The position numbers were made by a program, and so were the translations under genes. From Mobula hypostoma (lineage: Eukaryota): a stretch of 64,000 nt of DNA. The stretch lies in assembly GCF_963921235.1 (NCBI RefSeq), contig NC_086106.1:24366001-24430000 (forward strand), written 5' to 3'. Numbering within the stretch: the first letter of the stretch is position 1; the number at the start of each line of letters is the position of its first letter. This document shows, in pieces, positions 1 to 12,432 of this stretch. Under the pieces are notes generated by a model. The model was not told the DNA's origin. It ran no database searches and was given only the letters and a program-made list of their open reading frames with translations.

Positions 1-96
1 TGAAGGTGAGGCCTCACCAGTGCTTTAAAAAGCCTCAAGTTCATACCTTTACAGTACCGTTATATTTTGGACCTCGTGAAATGAATGCTAACATTG
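1..96 (-). mobile_element. CR1 LINE ORF2 fragment, left part of the copy interrupted by the Gypsy element
   Basis: aggcctcaccagtgc...gaaatgaatgctaacattg joins seamlessly to catttgccttcctcaccaccgac at 6313 once the Gypsy element and one ATTG copy are removed. Confidence 0.75.
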
Positions 97-3000
97 TGTA
101 ACGCACTGTAAGGTTTGACTGGTGATTTAAATGCCTCTCTGTAATGTTTCGCTGCTGAGGTAATAGTTTCTCTGTAGAAGCAATGTTTGGTTTATGGCTA
201 GACATAATGGGGGCTTTGGGATGTATGCTAGCCAATGAGAATGTTGTTCTTTCTTATGGGTCTGGGAGCAGAGATTTCCCATGTCTTTTGTCGGCCAGAG
301 ATGAAGAGGGAAGACGGAAATCGGAAAGAGTTGGAAGACCACCAGACGGAGTGGACGCGGAGCGAGCATCCATCGATCAACGATGCTCGTAGGTGGGTGA
401 ATGGAAGATTATGTGAGCACCATGTGAACTTAGGACTGTTTCATTAAAATGGGCACTTTTTTGATCATTTTCTTTACCAACCTTATAGTCAGATTATATT
501 TATAAAGTTCAATACTTTAATTGTATACGTTGTACTGTCTGATAGTTTGGAATTCGGATTTGTAACCGACACAACACATCACGCAGCATCTACACAAACG
601 AGATTTCCCAGTTTGGTTGTGCCAGACGCTGTATTTCCCTAAACATGAGTATGCTGGAAGAACCTCAGGGTTAGAATTGGGATTCCGTCGGATGCTGTGT
701 GATTGCCCTGAGCATTGAACCACTAGGTTGTGAGTTTATATCTGTGCCGGTATGGATGCTGACGGGGTGGAGAGCTGGTGTGCCTCTATGGGGCTACTGA
801 TAAATAATGAGTGCGTGTTCGTACCCCACATGAATTCATAATTTGATTTTTGAGCACGGTTGTAGTTGTTGGCAAAGTTGGGTTGTAGCGCGGAGGTTTC
901 ATCAAATGGCGGTCGTAGACCTTGTTTGAGTTCAGACTAACGCTGACATAACGGCAGTGGAACTGCATACTTGTATCAGTGACCCAGTTGAGGAGGGGCC
1001 ATGGCCTGTCCATACAGACAGGCTGGAGGAGACGGTACCGGAGCAGGCCGAGTCACAATTCGAGCTTCCTGTAGCTAGGGGTGGACAGTTCAATGCCAGG
1101 GTTCTATGCTTTTTGAGGAATGAGGGGAAGTAGCGGGCGGATTTGGAATGTCTAATTAGTTTTCGTTCCCCAGGGAAAAGTAAGAATTCTGAGGTAGTAT
1201 CCGACCTTACCTCTGGCTAACGTATGGAAAAAGTCCATGCTATGGTTGGCTCCGCCTATTCTCTGAAACAAAGCCCACCCCTAAAGGGGTGAAGAGTATG
1301 AGACTGCGGCGGATCAAACTTCTTAGTTGTTTGATGAGTGGCAGTACACTGATGACGAAAAGTGACAAAGACTGTTTGAATGTTTGAGTAGCCGGACCGC
1401 TGATGTGGTGGGAGCTGTGAAAACAGGCCAACCCTTAGTTAGCATGTCTGATTATCAGCGCAAATTGGACAGCGCCTTTGGTACGACAGAGAGCCCACTG
1501 GAGCTCATGGCGGCGTTTCAGAACCTGCGTCAAGAGAAGGCGGAGAAACTTTCTGCTTTCATTTCTCGTCTAGAGCGGCAGCTAAATTGTGTCAGGTGCA
1601 GAGGGGTTATTCAGGCCGCAGAGGCGAATCAGTTAAGAAAGAACGAGATATCCAATGGCGCCCAGTTCAAAGACTGACTACCTGGGGTTTCCGACTGTCT
1701 CGTAAGACGCGCTCCCCGCTCTATTTTGTTGATATTGGGAGGAGAAGGATGTGTCGGAGGCGCGGGATAACTCTGTCAGCAGGGTAGATTCCTCGGTAGT
1801 AGCCCCTAGTGCTGAAGTAACCACGGATAACCTGCTTCGGCAACCGGTAGAGCAGATTCTGGCGCAGTTGAGAACTATGGATCGGTTGTTACCAGCAGCG
1901 TGACTTTCCCACTCATATGATGGAGTTGATGGGGACGGATCCCATAAGGGGACGAACAATCGGAGGGCTGTTAGCCGCTTGTGTTACGCGGCAGGGAGAG
2001 TGAGCCCCCAGGGTAAATAATTGAGAAGCAGTGAGGGAACGGCCTAAGGTCTCTGGGGGAATACGTTCCTAGAAATATACCAAGGACCTCCAGAAAGCGA
2101 AAGACTGTTGTTGAAGGCTTAGTGTGTCGTTACGGATAGAGGGTATTTATGATTTAAAAAAAACATTCTTGACACCGGGTCGTTGGACACGTTGTTGTAC
2201 CAATCGTTTTACAACTGGTATCTGAAGCATTGGACACTATTCAGGGCACTGGAGATCTGGTGACTCAGGGCCAATGGTTCTCCAGACTAAAGTTATTAGT
2301 CAGTGAAGTTAGAGATTCCGGAGGCAGATGTGGGCGTGTCTGAGGTCCTTTATACATTACTACAGATTTTTCCAGACCCTGTTGAGAGAGGGTGGCGTTT
2401 CAATTCTGGTGGGGTCCAACACCCCTCTTGTGAGGATGCTCATGAGTGGCTGAAAGGAGCAGGCTGGTGAGAGCTTTCTAAGAATATTGTCCGTGAACCC
2501 GGTGTTTCCAGCTGCCATTGTGGAGGATGGCTGCGTTGATCCGGATACCCACGTTAGACTAGGGACCCTGTGGTTCACCCAGGCGAAGACAATCGTGGTA
2601 CGGTCCCGAGCATCACAGACGCGCTGGCCTGTCTGAGTGGTGCGAAGTCGTTCAGTGTGCTGGACTTGAAGTGTGGACATCACTAGATCTCTATGAGTGC
2701 GGCCGATAACGAGCGGGCGGCATTCATATTATTTTCCCAATACAAAAGGATGCAGCAGGGCACATCGGGAGCCTTTGCAACATTCCAGCCGGTCATGAAG
2801 AAGGCTGTGGGGATAATGAACTTGCTCCAGGTATTGGTGGATCCCAATGACCTAATACTGCACTGATCCACCTTGGAGGAACATGAAGCGAGGCTACTGA
2901 AGGTTCTAGATGGCCTTGAAGCTGAAGGGTTTAAACTTTCATTTGACAAGTGCCAGTTCTGCAAAACGTCTGTTAGTTATGTTGGGCACATAATCTCAAC

Positions 3001-6000
3001 GAAAGGGTAATTAATTATCCGACTAAGATAGAGTCGGTGACCAGTTGCCCAAAACCAGAGTCTCTGAGGGCTCTACGCTCCTTCCTCGCATTCTGTGGAT
3101 TCTATCGGAGGCTCGCGAAGGACGACGCTACAGTGAGTCACCCATTGAATCAGTTTCTGTGCGGTTGCTCTCCCTTGGGGAAGAAAGGGAGGAGAAAAAA
3201 GGACAAGAGAGTGGAATATATCTTAGCCCGTCTCAGCCGTTTGGACTGACGTGGGATGCAAAATGTGACGACGCTTTTCAATCATTCAAGGAGCTGCTGA
3301 CCCAAGAGCCGTTGATGTTTTTTTTTGGACCCCGACGGTCGTATGTACTGCACACGGATACCAGCCGAGCGGGCTTGGAGGCGTCCAAACAAGCATCAGG
3401 GCATCGGGCTGACATCCGATGCTTTGTCAGCTGGAGTCTGTCGCCTTCCGATAAAAACTATCCAACGCACAAGTTGTATTTCTGATATTGAAATGGGCAG
3501 TGGCGGACAAGTTGAGTGTCTAACTCTACGGGGCTAAGTTTAGGGGAGGACTGAAAACAGCCCCTCTAACCTATACACTGACATTGGGGAAACTGGATGC
3601 CACAGGCCATCGGTATATGGCGGCGTTGTTTGCCCATGATTTCAGCCTGACGTACCGAACCACGAACCTGGAATATTGAAGCTAACGATTTGCCCCGACT
3701 CGACAGGACGAAGAGTGGGACAGCATTCCTGTCCAGGGTCATGTGTCAGTTTGCCATCACCGTGAGGCACCGTGAAAGGAGGAGAGGGCTGAGCGGTGGA
3801 TAAATTGGGAGCTTCTGATGACGTAATCTCCAAACTTTTCTGTAACCTGACTCCTCTACAGACAAATCAGCTGTCGGAGTTGAGTTCTGGGGACGTGACA
3901 GGTACTCAGCGAGATGATCTGGCCATCGGTATCATTTTGTCGTCGGGCAGAAAGGGAGACTTGTCTCAGGTGGACAAGATGAAGCACGTGTTGGTTCCTA
4001 AATTGCTGACAGAATGGCCTCGGTTGGAGTTGTGGAACCAGATCTCGTACCCTGTCACGTCACCCCCAGAGCGACTTCGGCGTTGCCAGCTGGTTCTGTC
4101 GGAGAAATATCGGAGGATTATTTGAAGTCACTTCATGATAACCTTTTAAGACATTTGTTGGTGGAAAAGACCTATGGATTGCTCAGGGACTGGTTTTATT
4201 GGCCCCATATGAAGTCGGAGTTCGATGAATACTGCAAGTTATGTATTCGATGCATACGCTGGAAGATACTGCCTACACGGGCAACATCCTTGTCCCATCT
4301 GCAGATTTCGGGGCACCTGGACGTGGTGTATGGATTTCCTGTTAATAGAACCCGATGCCAGCAACTCGGCGAATGTCTTAATCATCACGGACTACTACAC
4401 TAGATATGTGCTTACTTTTCCTACCAAAACCAGAGGGCGTCCACGGTGACCTAAGTGCTATGGGAGAAGGATTTGTTTTATTATAGCCTTCCCAGGAGGA
4501 TATATAGTGATTAGGAACGAGATTCCGAGACAGGCTCATCCACAAGTTGCTAGGTATGCGTGGGATCGAAACGTCGAATTCTACGCCCTATCCCCAGCCC
4601 GAGAGGTTTAATCGGACATAGCTAGAAGTGCTCCAGTCCCCGGAAAGCAGCAACAAGAGGAGGTGGTATCAACATATTGGACATGTTGTTCACAGTTTCA
4701 ACGCTACAGGAAATAAAGCTACTGGGTACTCGCCATATTATCCGATGTTTGGGCACGAGGCGAAGTTGCTCATTGACCTTTGTTTTGGGACTGACGAGAG
4801 TGACTTACCAGCGAAGACACTTGAAATAGATGTCTGACATGAAATGGAAGCTGAAAACGCAATATAAAGTAGATGGGGTCGAGGATGCCAAGCAGCATCA
4901 AGGAAGTAAGACGAGGTGTATGCTCAAAAGGTCAGATTTTCTCACCTCCTGCCGGGAGACCGGGATATTATAAGACATTTGGTGCCCCCTCGGAAACATA
5001 AGCTGTCTGACAGCAACGCGGCTAAGCTCTATGTGATGGAGAGTCAAATGGCAAACCTACCAGTTTTCCAGGTGAAACCAATGGATGGAAATGGGGGTGT
5101 CAAGATTCTCCATCGGAAGCCGGCTGCTGGTACAAGTGGTGCAGGTAGATCCAGAGTCCGACAGCTAGGAAGACGACTGTGCGAAAACCCGGGGTGGCTG
5201 CAGGGCGTACAGCGGGAGATGTTAGGCCTGCACCCACAATTGAGGGGGGAACTTATTCGCAAGATGATGACGTGGATATGTGGTAAATGTTGTCTTTTGC
5301 TAACTCCCCACTGATTGAGGGTGAGACTCCCAGCCCTTCTCCCTTTGAGTCAGGTGAAGTGAAGGGGCAGCTTGGATTGCATCGGGAACCGGCAACGTAT
5401 GAAGTGGGGCTTGGCCACGTGACAGAGTGGTCTGACCTGAGGGTGGACACGAGTGATAGGTGGCGGGAGGACTCGTCTGGTAGACAGGAAGTCTCGCTCG
5501 TAGTGTCTGAACCTGAAGAGACAGTTGAGGGGGTACGGAAGTCTCACAGAATAAGAAGACCACCCGATAGGCTGGCCTACGTAGCACCGGGGGAACAGAG
5601 TGTAACCCCTGCCGTTTTGGGGAGCTATTTTCACTGTCTTTTGCACCCGGAATGATCATTGTGTTTTGCAGGAAGGTTTGGCGAATTATCTCAACGTCAT
5701 AAGGACATGACTAAATTTGGTAGGGGGAGGGCGTACAATGCTGCAGTTTCCACTGCTAATGTAATGGCCTCTCTGCACCGATTTAATTCTAAGGTAATGG
5801 TTTCTCTGTAGCAGCAATAGTTAGGTCATTACTAGAGGTAATAGGACTTTGCAATGTATGCTAAACAAAGAGAGGCATGCTGTATTTTCTTGTGGGTTTC
5901 GCGGACTTGACTCGTCAAGAGATGAAGAGATAAAACGCTAGTTGAAAGAGTTGGTAGACCGCCGGACGGAGTGGACTCAGGGCGAGGATCAGACGGTCAG

Positions 6001-6308
6001 TGAGTCTCGGTGTATGTCGATGGGGATCGATAGGACGATTCCGTGCGCTCCAACGAGCACTTTAGACTGCTTCATTTAAATGGGTCCTTTTACTGTTTGT
6101 TTTCTTCACTGATCCCATAGTCAGATTAAGATTTATAAAGATTCGATCGTTTAATTGCAAACGGTGTACTGTCTGAAGTTTTGCAGTGCAGATGTGTAAC
6201 CCAGCAACACATCACTCAGTATCCACACAAACGAGATTTCTCAGTTTGACTCGACCAGAAGCTATCTTACCCAAGATTAACCTTTTCTGGCCAAAGCTCA
6301 GGGTTACA
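97..6308 (+). mobile_element. Decayed full-length Ty3/Gypsy LTR retrotransposon with PNMA-like gag
   Basis: Diverged LTRs at about 97-675 and 5733-6308; ATTG at 93-96 and 6309-6312 as 4-bp TSD; degenerate PBS at 678-693; PPT ggtagggggagg at 5719-5730; gag remnant QEKAEKLSAFISRLERQL (1384-1677); RT remnant FSVLDLK...RMQQG...FKLSFDKCQF; RNase H VLHTDTS; integrase remnants at 4100-4900; many stops and frameshifts. Confidence 0.92.
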
Positions 6309-6830
6309 ATTGCATTTGCCTTCCTCACCACCGACTCCACTTCCATGTTAACCTTTAGTGTGTTATGCACAAGATCTCCCAACGCACTTTGCATCTCAGA
6401 TTTTTATTTGCTGCTCTCCCCGTTCAGAAAATAGTCTGCTCATGTATTTCTACTATCAATGTGCACTCTCATGCATTTTGCCACTCTGTTACCCATTTTC
6501 CTGATCTGAACAAATACGTTTGCAACCTACCTGAGTCCTCAACCTATCAGCCCCTCGATCCATCTTCGGATCATCTGCAAACTTGGCAACAGAACTATGT
6601 AATCCATCATCTAAATCGTTGAAATACAGCATAAAAAGAAGGGGTGTCAATACCGACCCCTGTGGAACACCACAAGTTGTTGGCAGCCAACCAGAAAATG
6701 ATCCTTTTATTCCTACTCGATGCCTCCTACCCATCATCCAAAGAGTGTCCCATGGACCGACATGGATTAGTAATTCGTTGACCGAAAGCAGACCTAGGCA
6801 TTTTTTGCACAGGTTGCGTGCATTTACTTG
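6309..6830 (-). mobile_element. CR1 LINE reverse transcriptase fragment
   Basis: ORF 6489-6860 contains GVPQGSVLTPLLFMLYFNDLD...KFADD, the CR1-type RT core. Confidence 0.9.
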
Positions 6831-7539
6831 TGAGCGAGTCTCTGGTAACAGTTTTCGCAATACAATTCAGTAACCAAACATAGTAAACTACAAGTAGGAT
6901 CTCTAAGTTTGCAAACGGCGTGGAGTAGGGAATATCACTTGAGGATAGTTGGACGTGGGATAATGTAAAACCATACCAAAAGTATATCTTCCCACAGTAA
7001 AACGGCTATGAAAAATGATTAGATCCCATGTTCAAACACCAGCTGATCATTAAACACTCAGACCTCTCCTCTATCTCCATTTGAATTATGGACTGTAATT
7101 TCCTCCTGAAAATTACACTTTATTCAATACATTTATTCTCAGAACTCCAAGTCTGCAGTCAGTTCCGTCAACTCATTGCATGAATGAAATTTCGTAGAAT
7201 TATATTGTTCAATAGGAAATATGTGATACTTATATCACAGTATCAGTTAGCGTATTACGTCAACATAAGATTCTGTTCCAATTTCATAATAAGAACCGGA
7301 CATTTTCATAATAAATAGTTACCACTCCTCCGTATCCAGTACGCACAGAAAAATTCTGTCCACATTCCATCCAATTTCCAAAAGCCACGCGATTTTTTTT
7401 TTGGTATCTTTCAGGAATATAACATCAATTTATTAGCATTCATCATTTGTTCTGCCACAGGAACAACCGCAACGCGACCTAACTCATTGTTACCTCCTGG
7501 ATAAAGAAAACACGCTCATTAAATCGGCATGCATCTTCG

Positions 7540-7780
7540 ATTTAAATCATCAGAAGTTTTCTATTCGGATTCGATTAGTGCCAAGTTCATCAGCTTGTTG
7601 GAATTTGTCTTTTATTTGCTGCATTACCTCTAAGTATAGAGTCTGCAATGCGGGAAATCGAAGAAAGCAACAGAGGGGTGTATTCTCAGTCGTTTCAATG
7701 ATGGGCAAAATTGTCCTCAATTTACATATACTCTTCAAGTGATAGTTCCTCAAGATAGCAGCATCCTTCACGGAAAACTG
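7540..7780 (-). mobile_element. Decayed L2-like LINE 3' ORF2 fragment
   Basis: Translation HLKSICKLRTILP...E resembles the L2 HLRNIAKIRPxL motif; weak. Confidence 0.4.
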
Positions 7781-8296
7781 CCGTTTCCTTTACTTAAAAA
7801 AAAAGGAAACAACAAACCTGGTTCTGTTTCAGATTGAATCAACCGCGATGTCAGATGGACTTTCACCATATTTTTGGGAACTGATACACAACTGTTTGCA
7901 CGGAGAGCAGTTGCTGGCTGAAAACAGCTTCACTAAGAAATAATTACTTTAAATTATGTATTTAGTATTTAAAGAGAACAAGGGAACATAGTGTGCATAT
8001 ATATATATATAAACGAAACAAAGGGTTTCAGAGATATCCTGGGATCTGTATTTCGGCCCAAGTTCTTGTCCAGATTGCAATACACCTTTAAGATTAACTA
8101 GGCTCATTAAAATAATATACCACCAGATAGCGCAAATACCTCGCCGTATCAGCTCAGATCAGCAATTCTCAGGCGGCCATACCTGATTTCGTAGACGTCA
8201 CAAGTAAGAAACAAATAAAAACACAGAAAAAAAACTAGGTTTAGAGGTTCCGACTTCGTCATAATAACTTAACAGTATAAATTAAATATTACTAAT

Positions 8297-8316
8297 TATA
8301 TATATATATATATATA
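8297..8316. repeat. (TA)n microsatellite
   Basis: Direct reading of the sequence. Confidence 0.95.
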
Positions 8317-8592
8317 ATAACGTTTGAGATAGCACACGTTCCTCAACTCCGTCTGCTCACTCACATTTTAAATTGTTTTGCTGTGTCATTTGCAAGTCCT
8401 AGCGCATGGTCCTTTCATTCTATTCAGGGTTGAATATATATTTCAATTGCAATCAAATAAATAGATGTAATTTAGTTGAACCCTGAATAGAATGAATGGA
8501 CCATGCGCTAGACCATACAAATGACACAGCAAAACACTTTAACATGTGAGTGAGCAGACGGAGTTCAGAACGTGTGCTATATCAAATGTTAT
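8317..8592. repeat. Long inverted repeat / fold-back element (MITE-like)
   Basis: Arms 8317-8434 and 8476-8592 are reverse complements with about 11 mismatches and 1 gap counted by eye (about 90% identity); 41-nt AT-rich spacer. Confidence 0.9.
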
Positions 8593-8903
8593 CCCTATTC
8601 CTGCTGAGCATCCGCAGATCATCGTACTGACAGGATAAGGGAAGGGGCCAGAGATCTCAATGAAAACTCAAGTGGATTTCAAATAAAAAGGGCTGAGAAA
8701 CATTGGTTGAGATAGGTATTGAAGAAACGTAGAAAGGATAGATTAGTGTAGGTCAATGCAGAAAAGTTTGGCCGAAGGGCCTGTGGACGTCGACATATGC
8801 GCAGAAATGTTTGATATTGTAAATATTTTGCTGATCTGCCGAACACACTACTGTTTTACAACTTAAGTTTCAATGCTGCACCAAATCGCACTTGCAGTCT
8901 TTG

Positions 8904-9806
8904 TTAACTGCACAGTTTACCATTCAATGTAAATAAATATTTTAAACCAGTCTTTAGCTCTTTTCTGAACCTTCTCTGTGTTAGTCCGTATATACACGTG
9001 TTGGTGCACCTACTCACCTGTTGAAACATATATGCGAATTGTTGCAGTATATATGTCGGGGTATTCAAATATCTGTCAGTGTAGGAATAATTTTGTGCTT
9101 GCCAATTCAAAGAATATATCAAATAAGGCTTCCAAAAACAATATAAAATTGGCTGATATAGCGAAGAGCAAAATCATTGACCTTCTCCGGTTCTCAACCT
9201 CCGCATCCCTCTGATTCCCGCTGTTTCCACGAAAACCTCTGCGGACTTTATTTGCCTCAATGATATGTCTAACAGTTAACCCATTTAACAACAGAAATAA
9301 AACAATTGGCAACAATGGTGTTAAAATGCTATCTAGTAACTCATATCCTTTCCATACCGATGAAGTGTTGTAAAATTACGTAGTGACACAGCGCCATGGC
9401 ATGTTGTCAATTATGACCTCAGGCTCCAGGGCAAAGTAAAATGGAACTCCCCTCGCGCAGCTCATGATCACCACGATTACCATAACTACACTTGCTGTTT
9501 TTTTTTCAGTGCAGTATCGCTCCCGCAACTTGTGACAGCAAATTGCAATGTAGCGATCAAATGTGAAACCAACTGTTAGCCAAACAGAACAGTCAATTGT
9601 TGCAACTCTGAGTACATTTGTCAGAGAACAAATCGGAGTAATGAGCAAGTAATTGGCATATATATGGATATAATTCGACTGCTCCACAATACCTACACAA
9701 ATAACCACCACCAGATCCGCTGTTGCCATTCCCAAAAGGTAGCGTGTTATGCATTTGAAAAGTCCACATTTTCCCCGAGAGAGGATCACAATTGCCGTTA
9801 AATTTA
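8904..9806 (-). pseudogene. GPR139-like class A GPCR pseudogene, exon 2 (TM1-TM7 and C-tail)
   Basis: Acceptor ttttcccactacag ends at 9807; VNLTAIVILSRGKCG..., TFDRYIAICC (DRY motif), TM6 LFWKPY, NTCIY (NPxxY variant), ending LFTLNGKLCS*. In-frame TAA at 9376-9378; +1 frameshift in the A5 run at 9134-9138. Confidence 0.9.
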
Positions 9807-10739
9807 CTGTAGTGGGAAAAGAATGCAATTTTAACAGCACCTAATTTCATCCGTTTCTTCTAATAAATCCGCTGGATTGTTAATAAAAAAAAAATCATTC
9901 GTAGTGCTCTTACTCTATACTGCAAACTACAATCTTTCTGTTTAGGGAATATATACAGTCTGTCTAGGTTATTCTTTTGCCATTCGTTTCGAAGCTAACG
10001 GAGAACTGGAAGGATTAATGCGTTTGCGTCCAGCCAACAGTCTATTTCGGGAGATCTGTTCTATCAAGCATACAGGTGAGCAGCTGAATGCTTGGTCACC
10101 GAAACGTAGCTCTACTTTTGATCAGAACATGCTGAATAGAACAGTGATAGGGTATCAAATGCAGCCAGGGAGACATTTCTTCTGGGCATAGCATATTTGG
10201 GAAATTAAATTCCAGGCTCATAATCTAATCTTGCATAGGAGGACTAGTGGGACACTGGGAGATTGTTTTATCTTCATTTTTTAAAATGATGTAACAAAGC
10301 AACTTCTCATTTACTGGCATGAGATAGCAAAGCCCTGAGTGCTGCAACTCTACGCAAAAGTTCCCTACCACGTTGTTATTGTTGTCCAACTTCTTGTTTT
10401 TCCTGATTTAAATTCCAACTTCAAACAATATACGTGCATCGGTAAGTATTTAGAAAATATCTTTTCTTTCCCGCTACTCCTCCTATCCAAGATTAGAAGA
10501 AAGGGATGGGCATTGTTCCGAAACAATGTCAATAGGGCGTGAAGTTGATGAAAGAAAAAAAAACAAGGATCACGAATTTGAAGTACGCTAGCATAAAAGA
10601 TAATAATCACATCCTTGAAATGTCTTCACTTCGCAACCACCATTCAGGTTAGGCAACAACTATACCAGTTAGGTATACCGTTTCAGAGTGCAACAGATTT
10701 CGCTTTAGAGGGAAATACACAGAGTAACCAATAACTTAC

Positions 10740-10809
10740 CAGGAATGCCTACCACTCCAAGCAAAGGATAAAAAACGCTCGCTATGTAGTATATTGGCGC
10801 ACAATCCAT
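10740..10809 (-). pseudogene. GPR139-like GPCR pseudogene, coding exon 1
   Basis: ATG at 10809 gives MDCAPIYYIASVFYPLLGVVGIP plus one G (70 nt), then a GTAAGT donor; the phase-1 join with TA at 9806 makes Val and continues the exon 2 frame. Confidence 0.88.
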
Positions 10810-11159
10810 TTTTTTTGTGTGTGAGGGAACATCAGTTGCTAAGCAGTGGCCAACTGATCATGTGCATTGTTCTTTGCTTATTCACGCCCTTTTACATGAA
10901 ATAACATTTCCACTGAGATATTAACGTTCTGGTCTCCAAAGGCACATCATGCAACCCACTGAACAAACATTCAAGGTAATGATTTATTTATGCATTACGT
11001 CACCGTCCAATCGATTTGTCTCCTTATGGGATATTCAGAGCTCCTGTAAAAGAAAGTTAATCATTTGGAAAGTGAACATCACGATACCAATTTCATCGAA
11101 GAGAATTTCAGCTGATGGAACACAACAATTCTACAGATCAGTGTTACCTATGAAATTAG

Positions 11160-11427
11160 ATTAGTTTAGATCAGATTCAGCTTTATTTTCATTATGCCGA
11201 GTACATATAAAAAGCCAATGAAATGCAGCTAGCATCTAACCAGAAATGCAAAGAATACTGTTATTTGAAAAAGAACTGCGAATAATAAGTAAGCGCTACA
11301 ACACACAAATATAAAAATACTCAGACAGTAAAATATGGGTGCAACAATGCTTATCGCTGCGAGGTAAGGTTTAGCGGGGTCACAGCCTCAGGCAAGAAGT
11401 TATTTCTGTGTCTGCTGGTCCAACATA
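11160..11427 (-). mobile_element. L2/Rex-like LINE 3' tail fragment
   Basis: Starts with a short tandem tail (gattcag/tttag-type) and a reverse-strand polyA signal, then sequence resembling an L2-type 3' end; abuts the Penelope fragment. Confidence 0.5.
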
Positions 11428-12432
11428 TTATTCTCCGTAACTTCCGCCACCTCCAACGGGATCCCACCACTAAGCACACTTTCCCTCCCCCCCCCCCCCA
11501 CGTCTGCATTCCGCAGGAATCGCTCCGTACAGAACTCCCTTGTCCATTCGTCCCCCCCCCATCCCTCCCCACTGATCTCCCTCCTGGCACTTATGCGTGT
11601 AAGCGGAACAAGTGCTACACATGCCCTTACACTTCCTCCCTTACCACCATTCAGGGCCCCAAACAGTCCTTCCAGGTGAGGCATCACTTCACCTGTGAGT
11701 CGACTGGGGTGATAGACTGCGTCTGGTGCTCCCGATGTGGCCTTTTATATATTGGTGAGACCCGACGCAGACTGGGAGACCGCTTTGTTGAACATCTACG
11801 CTCTGTCCGCCAGAGAAAGCAGGATCTCTCGGTGGCCACACATTTTAATTCCACATCCCATTCCCATTCTGACATGTCTATCCACGGCCTCCTCTACTGT
11901 AAAGGTGAAGCCACACTCAGGTTGGAGGAACAACACCTTATATTCCGTCTGGGTAGCCTCCAACCTGATGGCATGAACATCGACTTCTCTAACTTCCGCT
12001 AAGGCCCCACCTCCCCCTCGTACCCCATCTGTTACTCATTTTTATGCACACATTCTTTCTCTCACTCTCCTTTTTCTCCCTCTGTCCCTCTGAATATACC
12101 TCTTGTCCATCCTCTGGGTCACCCCCCCCCTTGTCTTTCTTCCCGGACCTCCTGTCCCATGATCCTCTCGTATCCCCTTTTGCCTATCACCTGTCCAGCT
12201 CTCGGCTCTATCCGTCCCCCTCCTGTCTTCTCCTATCATTTTGCATCTCCCCTCCCCCTCCAGCTTTCAAATCCCTTACTCACTCTTCCTTCAGTTAGTC
12301 CTGACGAAGGGTCTCGGCCTGAAACGTCGACTGCACCTCTTCCTATAGATGCTGCTTGGCCTGTTTCGTTCACCAGCAACTCTGATGTATGTTGCTTGAA
12401 TTTCCAGCATCTGCAGAATTCCTGTTGTTTGC
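11428..12432 (+). mobile_element. Penelope-like element 3' fragment: GIY-YIG endonuclease plus pLTR
   Basis: CKRNKCYTCP...CSRCGLLYIGETRRRLGDRFVEHLRSV...HF...LEEQHLIFRLGSLQPDGMNIDF (ORF 11676-12002 and its upstream frame); pyrimidine-rich 3' region; terminal pLTR carrying a hammerhead motif. Confidence 0.92.
12296..12333 (+). ncRNA. Minimal type I hammerhead ribozyme motif in a Penelope pLTR
   Basis: tagtc-CTGACGA-agg gtctcgg cct-GAAA-cg-TC-gactg: stem I, CUGANGA core, stem II, GAAA, palindromic CG helix III, GUC cleavage triplet. Confidence 0.8.

Noticed and set aside
7450-7525. Faint resemblance to GPCR exon 1 on the minus strand
   Set aside because: In-frame stop, no good donor and no matching exon 2 downstream
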